Source of the DNA: Tubiluchus corallicola
Taxonomy: Eukaryota > Animalia > Priapulida
Assembly (NCBI GenBank): GCA_030141605.1
Contig: JAQGDQ010001276.1
Location: 1-50,180, forward strand
DNA: 50,180 nucleotides
Reading direction: 5' to 3'
The notes beneath the pieces are model-generated. The model was not told the DNA's origin and did no database searches. It was given only the letters and a program-made list of their open reading frames with translations. How positions within the stretch are numbered: position 1 is the first letter of the stretch; every line of letters starts with the position of its first letter. Positions 1 through 12,609 of this stretch are shown one piece after another. A program made the translations under genes and the position numbers.

Positions 1-590
1 GCTTAAATTTGTCAGAAATGTGATAGTTTATGGATTAAACAACAAAAGCACAGAGGTTGTTAAACTATTCACTAGATGGCAGTAAAGTTGCAAAGTCTCT
101 CCACACTGTAAGTGCACAATTAGTAAAAGCAGTTTAAATTTGTCAGAAATGTGGTAGTTTATGGATTAAACAACAAAAGCACAGAGGTTGTTAAACTTTT
201 CACTAGGTGGCAGTAAAGTTGCAAAGTCTCTCCACACTGTAAGTGCACAATTAGTAAAAGCAGCTGAAATTTGTCAGAAATGTGATAGTTTATGGATTAA
301 ACAACAAAAGCACAGAGGTTATTAATCTATTCACTAGATGGCAGTAAAGTTGCAAAGTTCTCCACTGTAAGTGCACAATTAGTAAAAGCAGCTTAAATTT
401 GTCAGAAATGTGGTAGTTTATGGATTAAACAACAAAAGCACAGAGGTTGTTAAACTTTTCACTAGATGGCAGTAAAGTTGCAAAGTCTCTCCACACTGTA
501 AGTGCACAATTAGTAAATGCAGTTTAAATTTGTCAGAAATGTGGTAGTTTATGGATTAAACAACAAAAGCACAGAGGTTGTTTAACTTTT
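1..590. repeat. ~131-bp minisatellite, ~4.5 copies (cut by window edge)
   Basis: Unit gcttaaatttgtcagaaatg...ttagtaaaagca recurs at 1, 132, 263, 391 and 522. Confidence 0.95.
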
Positions 591-1284
591 GCTTGCTAAT
601 TTTATCATTGACTCGTGTACTTTCTTTGAACGGGTTGCAAGAATCGCCCATCAATGAAACTGAATGTGTAACGGAATGCTAGCGTTTGTTAAATACTAGT
701 TTGCATGATGAAACTTGAACTGAAACGTAACAAGAAATTGACAAAACTTTTGACTTTCAGAGTTTCACCAGTTAGCGGTCCACGGTCTAGTCCAGATTCC
801 GACACGGCTTGGGATGCACCGTTAAGAGCGTTTAGCCCGCCGTTAGATGCGTAAGCAAGCTTTATCTTTACTGCCTTTCTAAACTCTAGTGCACATGTAA
901 AATATGCTGTATGTCATTTATATATTAATATTCTTTTTAAATATATTTATATATTTATATATATATATAAGATTCGAGGCTACAGCTTCGACGACGGCAC
1001 CATTTGCGGCGATCTATACATCAAACGAAAGGTCTCGATCTAGTGTCGTCTCATTGGGGGTTTATTTTTCGAATGGGGCCCACCGCGAGGAACGGGGGGC
1101 GAATGCAGCATTAATATTATACTTGCTAAATTTTAAATAGACTAGCTAAATAATTCAATTTTTTATTACAGCCATTTGAAAACATTAGTTAAACCACGAC
1201 AACTTTATTAAAACTTTTAATCTACCTGGTTAAAATAAAAGGTTATATAATAAAAAATAAAATAAAATGGTTATATAATGAATT

Positions 1285-2875
1285 ATGACAAAAGATCTTA
1301 TATTTCATGTTGATTTTATTTTGGAACATCAATGAAAGCAATAAAAACTAATTTAAAATATAAACATTGTGATATATGTTTAGATAGTTATAGTAAAAAC
1401 ACCACAATTTTATTAAAACTTTTAATTTACATAGTTAAAAAATCATGTCAACCGTTTTGACAGAGCTACTGTTGTCATCATCAGTGGTAAATACTGTCAT
1501 CATCAGTGGTAAACACTGTCATCATCATTGGTAAATACTGTCATCATCATTGGTAAACACTGTCATCATCATTGGTAAATACTGTCATCATCATTGGTAA
1601 ATACTGTCATCATCATTGGTAAATACTGTCATCATCAGTGGTAAATACTGTCATCATCAGTGGTAAATACTGTCATCATCAGTGGTAAATACTGTCATCA
1701 TCAGTGGTAAATACTGTCATCATCAGTGGTAAATACTGTCATCATCAGTGGTAAATACTGTCATCATCAGTGGTAAATACTGTCATCATCAGTGGTAAAT
1801 ACTGTCATCATCAGTGGTAAATACTGTCATCATCAGTGGTAAATACTGTCATCATCAGTGGTAAATACTGTCATCATCAGTGGTAAATACTGTCATCATC
1901 AGTGGTAAATACTGTCATCATCAGTGGTAAATACTGTCATCATCAGTGGTAAATACTGTCATCATCAGTGGTAAATACTGTCATCATCAGTGGTAAATAC
2001 TGTCATCATCAGTGGTAAATACTGTCATCATCAGTGGTAAATACTGTCATCATCAGTGGTTGGTAAATACTGTCATCATCAGTGGTAAATACTGTCATCA
2101 TCAGTGGTAAATACTGTCATCATCAGTGGTAAATACTGTCATCATCAGTGGTAAATACTGTCATCATCAGTGGTAAATACTGTCATCATCAGTGGTAAAT
2201 ACTGTCATCATCAGTGGTAAATACTGTCATCATCAGTGGTAAATACTGTCATCATCAGTGGTAAATACTGTCATCATCAGTGGTAAATACTGTCATCATC
2301 AGTGGTAAATACTGTCATCATCAGTGGTAAATACTGTCATCATCAGTGGTAAATACTGTCATCATCAGTGGTAAATACTGTCATCATCAGTGGTAAATAC
2401 TGTCATCATCAGTGGTAAATACTGTCATCATCAGTGGTAAATACTGTCATCATCAGTGGTAAATACTGTCATCATCAGTGGTGAATACTGTCATCATCAG
2501 TGGTAAATACTGTCATCATCAGTGGTAAATACTGTCATCATCAGTGGTAAATACTGTCATCATCAGTGGTAAATACTGTCATCATCAGTGGTAAATACTG
2601 TCATCATCAGTGGTAAATACTATACTGTAGGCTCTGCATATGTAAACTGTTTGTATGTTTATGAACATTTACCACTGATGATGACAACAGTAGCTCTGTC
2701 AAAATGGTTGACATGATTTTTTAACTATGTAAATTAAAAGTTTTAATAAAATTGTGATGTTTTAACTATAACTATCTAAACATATATCATTTTATATTTT
2801 AAATTAAATATTATTGCTTCCATTGATGTTCCAAAATAGAATCAAAACGAATTATACGATCCTTTATCATAATTT
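1285..2875. mobile_element. Foldback/MITE-like structure: ~200-bp diverged inverted repeats enclosing the 22-bp satellite
   Basis: ~1285-1491 (ttttggaacatcaatg...cagagctactgttgtcatcatcagtggtaaa) is inverted at ~2668-2875 (tttaccactgatgatgacaacagtagctctg...cattgatgttccaaaa). No TSD was identified. Confidence 0.6.
1474..2621. repeat. 22-bp satellite (actgtcatcatcagtggtaaat)n, ~52 copies
   Basis: Directly visible and nearly homogeneous. Confidence 0.98.
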
Positions 2876-3569
2876 GTTACATTAAATAAACTGTTTATAT
2901 CGTGATACGACTAACCAAATATTTTAAAGAACATTGATATTAGTCATAAATATATTTTCCATTTAAAAACTAAAAATTTATTATTATAAATGCTTAGTTT
3001 ACAGTATCCACTACTCCCGATGAGCTTACAATCAGAACTAAGAAGTTTAAGAAGTAATAAATTGCTTATTAATAAATTAATGAGAATAAAATTAACGATT
3101 AACAAGTAATTATAATAAAATCTAAAGAATTCAAAATTTAACTTTGCGAATCCATTTAGTTCGTTCAACTCATTTTATTACCTGATAGATTCTGTGTAGA
3201 TGATGCAACGTATCAATATAATTCTCCATATATAAAATTTTCTATCATTTGTTAAAAGTTTTTTCTAGGTTGGGGCAGTGAAAATCTGACATCTTAACAA
3301 CTTGCTTGATATTTTTAATTCACGAGAAGCTGCAGATAATTTATTCGACAGTTTTTTTCTAATAGTGAACAACTCATTAGTGTTGCTAATAATAATCATT
3401 AAACTTTGTCAAATTTCTTGTCTACCGTTGAATTGCTAAATTATTCTTAAATGAATGAAAGACTTATTAATAAAAGAAAGTTTATCCATGTACCCTAATA
3501 AGCCTTCTCTTAATGTACAAAGCAGTAAGTTTATTTTCAAACACTTAGCTATTTGTTACTGAATGAGTA

Positions 3570-3647
3570 ATAATGATAATAATATTAAAATATAATAATA
3601 ATAATAATAATAATAATATAGTAATAATAATAATAATAATAACAATA

Positions 3648-3721
<74 letters not shown>

Positions 3722-3740
3722 AATAATAGTAGTAGTAGTA

Positions 3741-3806
<66 letters not shown>

Positions 3807-3998
3807 GTAATAGTAATAATAATAATTATAATAATAATAATAGTAATAATAATAACAATGATGATGATGACGACGACGACGACGATGGCGGCGGCGGTGA
3901 TGATGTGATGATGATGATGATGATAATAATTATAATAATAATAATAACTATAACTATAACAATGACAATAAAAATAACAATACTAATAGTAATAATAA
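3570..3998. repeat. Compound trinucleotide microsatellite (ATA/ATG/GTA/ACG/GCG)
   Basis: Directly visible. The mirror at ~46098-46600 has different block lengths. Confidence 0.97.
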
Positions 3999-4429
3999 TA
4001 TTTAAATCTATAGACAACACAACTGACAATATTCAAAGACGTTTCACAAAGATATCTAAAATCATCATGACGTACTTAAAAACGTTTACACGGTTAACAT
4101 GATTAAACAGTAATCCTAGTAATTTTCATAAAATTGCAAAAAATAAATACATAAAAAACACAGAGATTTACAAAATAAGTATTTCATATTTATTTATTAG
4201 TGCCACAAATGCACACAATACAGGAAACAACACATACATACAATTTCAATTTTAAAATATAATGACACTAGACAAACAAGACAATAACTAACAAAACAAT
4301 TATTATTAAATCTTCCTGTTAGTTATTTTAGCTATTTAAATGAAAAGTTTAATGATTAGTTAATTATTAAAGTTAATTATTTAAAATAAATTGTCAAATT
4401 GTCACTCATCTGGCCTCATATTCAATGAC

Positions 4430-4530
4430 AAGATCATTACATATAGCATGTTGTTCATCATGTCAAGATCATTACATAGCATGTTGTTCATCATGTCAAG
4501 ATCATTACATAGCATGTTGTTCATCATGTC
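4430..4530. repeat. 33-bp tandem repeat, 3 copies
   Basis: aagatcattacatagcatgttgttcatcatgtc x3. Mirror at ~45552-45652. Confidence 0.9.
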
Positions 4531-4570
4531 TTAAAAACGCTTTTTCACCATAATCAATAAAATGCCTTAA

Positions 4571-5031
4571 CCCTTTCAGTCCCAGATTATTTTTTTAATA
4601 AGAAAAATTTTTTTGGCTTGGTACTTTTGTTCAGTATGTCCATCTTGTTTACACATAATAATTATTTTTTTTCTACCTGTGCCCGCGTGCTAAATATAGC
4701 CTGTATCCCACGGGATACATTGGGATTCAATGGAAGCATAAAATGTGCTTCATTTTGCAACTGCTGATAATTTTTTAAAGTATTTAAGACATTTAGTATG
4801 CATGCTATGCTGATCTGTACAAAGTCGTCTCTAAAGTACTGTACCTTGCGCAGTTTTTTATGCTATGTAGATTTTCTAGTTTGCCATTTTATCACCATTT
4901 TTAGTCTATTGTTATTGGCTTAAATTAAAATAACTATTAACAGATCAAATAACTGTCAGTTTTAAAACTTTATTAATTTTAAAAGCAGAGAATATTCTCG
5001 TATCCCACGGGATACAACGGGTATGAAAGGG
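4571..5031. mobile_element. piggyBac-type non-autonomous element (MITE), 461 bp
   Basis: TTAA|CCCTTTCAGTCCC ... GGGTATGAAAGGG|TTAA, i.e. TTAA TSD and CCC termini. Internal palindromic motif tatcccacgggatac occurs twice. Confidence 0.85.
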
Positions 5032-5035
5032 TTAA

Positions 5036-5235
5036 TTACTTCTAAATCGTTACTTTGCCCATCAAGAATAAAAATTTATCAGCATCGTTCATAAAGAAAA
5101 ATTCCGATATAATTGCATTGATGTGATTAAATAATTTTCCTCTAAGATCATTGTAAAATGGGCATTTTATAAGAAAGTCTAATTCGTCTTCGATTTCATT
5201 TCTTAAACACTATGTGCATATACGATTCTCGTATA
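5036..5235 (-). mobile_element. Non-LTR retrotransposon ORF2 remnant (left-arm copy, with an in-frame stop)
   Basis: Minus strand reads YENRICT*CLRNEIEDELDFLIKCPFYNDLR. Confidence 0.7.
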
Positions 5236-6238
5236 TAATATAATACAAGCATACAATATGTGCATATACGATTCTCGTATATAATATAATACAAGCATAC
5301 AATATGTGCATATACGATTCTCGTATATAATATAATACAAGCATACAATATGTGCATATACGATTCTCGTATATAATATAATACAAGCATACAATATGTG
5401 CATATACGATTCTCGTATATAATATAATACAATATGTGCAAATACAATTCTTGTATATAATATAATACAACCATACAATATATGCATATACGATTCTCGT
5501 ATATAATATAATACAATATGTGCAAATACAATTCTTGTATATAATATAATACAACCATACAATATGTGCATATACGATTCTCGTATATAATATAATACAA
5601 TATGTGCAAATACAATTCTTGTATATAATATAATACAACCATACAATATGTGCAAATATGATTCTCGTATATAATATAATACAAGCATACAATATGTGCA
5701 TATACGATTCTCGTATATAATATAATACAAGCATACAATATGTGCATATACGATTCTCGTATATAATATAATACAATATGTGCAAATACAATTCTTGTAT
5801 ATAATATAATACAACCATACAATATATGCATATACGATTCTCGTATATAATATAATACAATATGTGCAAATACAATTCTTGTATATAATATAATACAACC
5901 ATACAATATGTGCATATACGATTCTCGTATATAATATAATACAATATCAAATCAATTTGTATATAATATAATACAACCATACAATATGTGCAAATATGAT
6001 TCTCGTATATAATATAATACAAGCATACAATATGTGCATATACAATTCTTGTATATAATATAATACAACCATACAATATGTGCATATACGATTCTCGTAT
6101 ATAATATAATACAATATGTGCATATACAATTCTTGTATATAATATAATACAACCATACAATATGTGCATATACGATTCTCGTATATAATATAATACAATA
6201 TGTGCAAATACAATTCTTGTATATAATATAATACAAGC
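5211..6238. repeat. Minisatellite of 46-bp and 38-bp units (often an 84-bp dimer)
   Basis: Unit tatgtgcatatacgattctcgtatataatataatacaa(gcatacaa). Confidence 0.95.
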
Positions 6239-6367
6239 ACATAATAACAAATCATTTGATCACGTCAAAGACTGTTAAACATTTACAAGATTAAACACTA
6301 ATCGTATAGAAAATGCCCTCCTTTTACATTCCGATGGTAATTGATGATTAAATTTAACAAAAAACTT

Positions 6368-7268
6368 TAACTTTGCGAGGGGGAAATGGGTGCCCCCCCC
6401 CTCTGATATCCAGGTAAGCGCTTGTCTCAAACAACTTTGCCTTTGCGAGGGGGGGGGAATGGGCGTCCCCTCTGATATCTGGGTAAGCGCTTGTTTCAAA
6501 CAACTTTAGCTTTGTGAGGGGGGGAAATGGGCGTCTCTCCCTCTGATATCCAGGTAAGCACTTGTTTCAAACAACTTTACCTTTGCGAGGGGGGGAATGG
6601 GCGTCTCCCCTCTCATATCCAGGTAAGCACTTGTTTCAAACAACTTTACTTTTGCGAGGGGGGAAATGGGCGTCCCACTCTCTGATATCCAGGTAAGCAC
6701 TTGTTTCAAACAACTTTACCTTTGCAAGGGGGGAAATGGGCGTCCCACCCTCTGATATCCAGGTAAGCACTTGTTTCAAACAACTTTACCTTTGCAAGGG
6801 GGGAAATGGGCGTCCCACCCTCTGATATCCAGGTAAGCGCTTGTTTCAAACAACTTTACCTTTGCAAGGGGGGAAATGGGCGTCTCCCCTCTGATATCCA
6901 GGTAAGCGCTTGTTTCAAACAACTTTACCTTTGCGAGGGGGGGAATGGGCGTCTCCCCTCTCATATCCAGGTAAGCACTTGTTTCAAACAACTTTACTTT
7001 TGCGAGGGGGGAAATGGGCGTCCCACTCTCTGATATCCAGGTAAGCACTTGTTTCAAACAACTTTACCTTTGCAAGGGGGGAAATGGGCGTCCCACCCTC
7101 TGATATCCAGGTAAGCACTTGTTTCAAACAACTTTACCTTTGCAAGGGGGGAAATGGGCGTCCCACCCTCTGATATCCAGGTAAGCGCTTGTTTCAAACA
7201 ACTTTACCTTTGCGAGGGGGGAAATGGGCGTCTCCCCTCTGATATCCAGGTAAGCGCTTGTTTCAAAC
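6368..7268. repeat. ~70-bp minisatellite, ~13 copies, with a ~348-bp higher-order repeat
   Basis: Unit caactttacctttgcaaggggggaaatgggcgtcccaccctctgatatccaggtaagcacttgtttcaaa. Confidence 0.95.
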
Positions 7269-7644
7269 AAAACAGACAACCTGCAAACAACAAACGCAGG
7301 CAGGTGAAAACAGATGCATCAGACACGTGGATTAATAAGAACTATAAATGGTTTTATTAAAACTCATAAAGATACAAAATGACACCAAACTCTGTAAAAA
7401 TTTAACACAAAAGCGGTTTGCTTTCCGTCTGCTAAAAAATAGTCCTGACTCTTTCGCCCACTTGCAAATAATTCCACATTAACAAAAAAAAAGAAGAAAA
7501 TTGTTGTTCCCTACATTTCTCGCGAATATTTAGCTGATTCGCGACAAATCGTACTAAATTTATTAAAATAACAACAAGTAAATATATAAAAAATGCTATT
7601 TAAAGTAAGTATTTTTTAATCTTCATTTTAAAAGTGTTTTATAG

Positions 7645-8108
7645 TGTACGAACGTACCCTGGTGGTGAATTGTGAAAAATTGCTTTAATTCACACACTTT
7701 AAACAAACCATGTACGAAGGTACCCTGGTGGTGAATTGAGAAAAATTGATTTAATTCACACACTTTAAACAAACCATGTACGAAGGTACCCTGGTGGTGA
7801 ATTGTGAAAAATTGCTTGAATTCACACACTTTAAACAAACCATGTACGAAGGTACCCTGGTGGTGAATTGTGAAAAATTGCTTCAGTTCACACACTTTAA
7901 ACAAACCATGTACGAAGGTACCCTGGTGGTGAATTGAGAAAAATTGCTTCAACTCACACACTTTAAACAAACCATGTACGAAGGTACCCTGGTGGTGACT
8001 TGAGAAAAATTGCATGAATTCACACACTTTAAACAAACCATGTACGAAGGTACCCTGGTGGTGAATTGGGAAAAATTGCTTTAATTCACACACTTTAAAC
8101 AAACCATC
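7645..8108. repeat. 66-bp minisatellite, 7 copies
   Basis: Unit tgtacgaaggtaccctggtggtgaattg...ctttaaacaaacca. Confidence 0.95.
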
Positions 8109-8586
8109 ACCAATTACTGGTTCATTATAATCATTCGAGATAATAACACTAATGACGATGATGATGATGATTATGAACAAAGTTGTTTGGTCAGGATATC
8201 GCCTGCTGTGAACAGATACCGTGACGGTTAATACTGTCGAGCGGTGAATTACGATCAAAGCCACCGCGCTATAATGTTTAATCAAGCAATCTGATTTAAT
8301 TATGCATGCAAGGATTCAAGCGTCTCCCGTGATAATCTGATTCCTCAACCTTTTCATCGCCGACCAACAAACAAACCTTGGAGTTGAAATTTCGTTTGAT
8401 CTCCGCTCAATCTTACAAATCAAGCACTCAAAATTCTCCAAATTTCTTCCCCTTTTCGCGCGCGACAAATAGGCAATTCGGGAGCATTCGCATCCGCCTT
8501 GTAGCGCTTAATGAAGTGAGGATAATCCGGTTTGGGGCTGTACCGCTCGTGTGATGGCATTGTGTGCGGTCACGGGGATTATATCC

Positions 8587-8925
8587 AATTTGTAGATGTT
8601 CTGGTTTATTGTTCATTGCAAGCAGTAATGCACAGCAGTCAGTGCAAGAAGATCCTTCTCTTTCAAGAACTGAAACAGCTCCCATAACTTTTGAATTTTT
8701 TATACATACTACATATCTATATACATGTGTGATACATGTATATAATTTGTAGATGTGCTGGTGGTTTATTGTTCATTGCAAACAGTAATGCACAGCAGTC
8801 AGTGTAAGAAGATCCTTCTCTTTCAACTTGTGCTAAGAACTCAAACAGCTCCAATAACTTTTGAATTTTTTATACATACTACATGTCTATATACATGTCT
8901 GATACACATATATATATATAATTTT
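8587..8925. repeat. Diverged ~157-bp tandem duplication (2 copies)
   Basis: aatttgtagatg...gtttattgttcattgcaa...ataacttttgaattttttatacatactaca occurs twice. Confidence 0.85.
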
Positions 8926-9172
8926 TTATACATGTCTGAGAAAAACAGTTTAGTTAATTTTAATTTCAGACTGAAAGGCTATTTTTTATTTCAAACATTT
9001 ACAGTCCATAAAACAATAAAAATAAGGCACAAGTAAAAACACAGAGTTAGTTTACAGAATAAGCTTAGGCTTATATACACGTATATAAAATTCCTTACCA
9101 TGAACTAAAAATGTAATTGTATCGGAATTGAATTATCCATATTTGGCAAATAGATGTAACTATACTGTAAGT

Positions 9173-9537
9173 GGAACTTATTACCGACCGGTTTCGTACA
9201 AACTGTTCATTACCAAGGCATCTAACACAAAGAAATTTACCAGAATTTAGACCAACATAGAAATGCATTTCGGTAGTTAGATAGCCAATAGATATATGAT
9301 ATAACATTGTATAGCTAATTTAACAATTTACCTTGCAGATTACCTGTCTTCATTAGTATGAACTTTTGCTAAACTACACAAACAAACAAATATGTTAGTC
9401 ATAACAGAACTTTAGTAAGTTTTGTCTATCTAACTACTGAATTGCATTTCAGTGTTGGTCTAAATTCTTGTAAATTTCTTTCTCTTAGATGCCTTGACAA
9501 TGAACATTTTATTCGAATCCGGTCGGCAATAAATTCC
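9173..9537. repeat. Diverged local inverted repeat (~112-bp arms, ~140-bp loop)
   Basis: 9173-9284 is approximately the reverse complement of 9426-9537 (ctatctaactac...ttggtctaaattc...ttagatgccttg...ccggtcgg). Confidence 0.8.
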
Positions 9538-9554
9538 GTTATGGTGTAACTGTG

Positions 9555-10155
9555 TCAGTATTGTACAGCAAGTTATTAATAACAGTATTCTGACTCAGAA
9601 ACAGCCTACTTCTGAGACTAAACACAGCTTTCATACGTATGCAGGAAAACCCTGGTACATTGTATCTAAAAATTGTATCAGTATTGTACAGCAAGTTATT
9701 AATAACAGTATTCTGACCCAGAAACAGCCTACTTCTGAGACTAAACACAGTTTTCCTACGTATGCAGGAAAACCTTGGTACACTGTATCTAAAAATTGTA
9801 TCCGTATTGTACAGCAAGTTATTAATAACAGTATTCTGACTCAGAAACAGCCTACTTCTCAGACTAAGCAAAGCTTTGCTACGTATGCAGGAAAAACTTG
9901 GTACATTGTATCTAAAAATTGTATCAGTATTGTACAACAAGTTATTAATAACAGTATTCTGACTCAGAAGCAGTCTACTTCTGAGACTAAACACAGCTTT
10001 CCTACGTATGCAGGAAAACCTTGGTACACTGTATCTAAAAATTGTATCAGTATTGTACAACAAGTTATTAATAACAGTATTCTGACTCAAAAACAGTCTA
10101 CTTCTGAGACTAAACACAGCTTTCCTACGTATGCAGGAAAAACTTGGTACATTGT
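9555..10155. repeat. 123-bp minisatellite, ~5 copies
   Basis: Period is 123 bp (41-aa periodicity in the ORF track). Confidence 0.95.
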
Positions 10156-10334
10156 AGCTAACATACATTTGGCTTGCACTACAGCGACTAGAAAGATTAA
10201 AGAGTCCTCATTATTATAAGTAATATGCAATCTTTCAATATTTCCTTTATCATGATTAAATCATTGCATATTAAACTGTGTAAAAATTCTACAAAAATCT
10301 TCTCTTAACTTAGAACAGTTTTTGAACTTGCTAA

Positions 10335-10355
10335 TACATACATACATACATACAT

Positions 10356-10424
<69 letters not shown>

Positions 10425-10452
10425 TACATACATACATACATACATACATACA

Positions 10453-10482
<30 letters not shown>
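10335..10482. repeat. (TACA)n(CA)n(TACA)n microsatellite
   Basis: Directly visible. The mirror at ~39570-39743 is about 24 bp longer. Confidence 0.97.
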
Positions 10483-10487
<5 letters not shown>

Positions 10488-11778
10488 TAGTACAAGACAA
10501 ATAAAATAAATATTTCCACAACTTATATATTTTTAATTCTGTTTTTTAACTAAGCTTTGTTTATTATTTTATAGTATAGATAAAAAATATGCTATAAATA
10601 ATAATAATAATAAAATTAAATTAACCTGAAAGTAGACCTGTTTGTGACTTACTAACATAATTATACTTGTAATTAATTATAATTATAGTTTTATATATAT
10701 ATATATATAAATGTAAACCACATACATACATATATTATATATATGTTATACATATATATATATATATGTGTGTATATAGTACTGATTATAATACTGATTC
10801 ACTGAACTTATAACTAGAAACAATGCAAACATTCACTAGAGTGGACAGGTGCATCACGTGACGTTTTAATTTTTCACATCAGCTGTCTGCTAAATTGACA
10901 GTAAAAATATCACGTGACCACCATCCTTGGTCATTGTTTTCACAATTTCCTCCTGCCTCCCAATTATTTTGCCTGAATTAACCCACCTTCGCTCACACTA
11001 ATTATAACAACAGTCTCGATTGCACAAGAATTAATTAATCAATTAATTAACTAATAATCAGTTAATTTACTAATTAAATATCAAGTTTTGAGAAAGAGAC
11101 TAACAAGCATCACGTATTTTCAAGCTTCATAAACCAGCAGGGAAAGTTCGCGGGTTCGTTACTAAATTGAGGGTTCATTGTAAGCTCGGGGGGTGTGGCA
11201 GTTTAGTATTATTACAGCTGAGATCAAAGGTGCCGACGCGAAGCTGCACATTCTAGCCTCTATGTAATCAACGTGATTTCGTAAACCTTGGCAGTTACCG
11301 GCAAACTTGACACGTACACAAGAAACTTCTCCTAGGAGGAGCCTCTTTATAAAACACTATTATTGTTAGCTTTGAGGGGGTGGTGCTTAAACATGGAATG
11401 GCTGTATGGCTCTTCCTCTCCTGACCTTAGAGGTCAAAAACAATTCTAGTCTCTAATTGGTTCTACGTTTCATTAGACGCCCATTTTCATAGTTTAAGTT
11501 TTTCATAAAATATGTTGCTATTATAATTTATTATTGTCATCGTCATTTTCATCATCATCATTATTTTCATCATCATCATCATCATCATTTATTATAATCA
11601 TTTTGTTATAATAAACAAATTTTTAATTTTAACAGTTTAACTCTTTTAAAAATTTTAGTTTACAATTAAAACAAGCAACATTTTGATTAAATATAATAGC
11701 AATATAAATATAAATCTGTTAGAATTTTTAATAATAATTGTGTCGTTCCATTTTATAAAATGTCCAAAGTTAACTGGG

Positions 11779-12090
11779 ACTTATTAATAAAAGAACATTC
11801 ATCTATGTACCCTAATAAGCCTTCCTTAATATGCAAAGTAGTTCAATTCTATTAACTTTTTTTTCAAACACTTAGCTATCTATTACTGTATCAATGTCTT
11901 TTCTACAGGTCTGTTTATTCATCACTTTGGCTTCTTTGTAAATACATAATTAGTGCATAATTTTCTATACTGTAGACTCTGTGCCTATACAAACTGATTG
12001 TTGTTTGTATAGTGTACCACTGATGATGACAGCTGATTGCTGTTTGGACGTGTTTTTAAACAGTTGTAAATTAAAATTTTTAATTAAAGT
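11779..12090 (+). mobile_element. Copy of an unclassified dispersed repeat family
   Basis: catctatgtaccctaataag...cacttagctatc...taccactgatgatgacagctg matches spacer 25136-25510 and partly matches 3463-3561 and 2620-2750. Confidence 0.75.
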
Positions 12091-12609
12091 TGCGTTGTTT
12101 TAATAATAAAAAACACTGATGAAATGAGTTGATAAAAATAATGTAAGAAAATTCTTGTTTAGTTCATTATTTGTTCTTCTTTATACTTTCTCTTTCCATT
12201 CAGTACTTCACTCTCATACAAAATACGTAAACTTAAAGCCACCAGGCACATAAAGTCGATTGGAAAAGCGTTACTGTTTGAATAGCCTGGCTAAGTAAAC
12301 GCGTAGGTGTAAAGTAGTTCAGAAGAGATTTAGTTTATTAAGGAATTAAACCCGTGGGCTATTTTCTCCGTGTCAGTGAGGCGTTGTAAAAGCGGAACTT
12401 CAAAGAACTTTGATTGGGTTTAAGTAGCAATAAACGCATTCATATCGGCCGCTGCACAGACAAATTATAAAAAGCCAAGTGGGGGAAGAAATGCTAGTCT
12501 TGGTGGTTTAGAGTGGTGAAGATCCAATTATGGGTTATCTTCATGCTTGTGCGGCTTGTAAGATTTGCCCACGAGGAATATTGTCACTCGTTAATAGGGA
12601 GCAAGATAA

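Noticed and set aside
950-1110. Helitron-like 5' end after a (TA)n tract
   Set aside because: No matching 3' hairpin/CTRR end was identified, so it cannot be supported.
3573-4102. Poly-Met/Ile/Asn ORFs
   Set aside because: Trinucleotide microsatellite translations.
5196-6255. Long Cys/Tyr/Ile-rich ORFs (including 43832..45040, 402 aa)
   Set aside because: Open in all three frames because of the minisatellite. Only the short LINE-like tail is protein-derived.
8138-8233. Possible acidic exon (RDNNTNDDDDDDYEQSCLVRISPAVNRYRDG)
   Set aside because: No convincing acceptor or donor. The Asp run is a GAT microsatellite.
7623-8285. 220-aa ORF with 22-aa repeats
   Set aside because: Produced by the 66-bp minisatellite, antisense to the gene, with no family resemblance.
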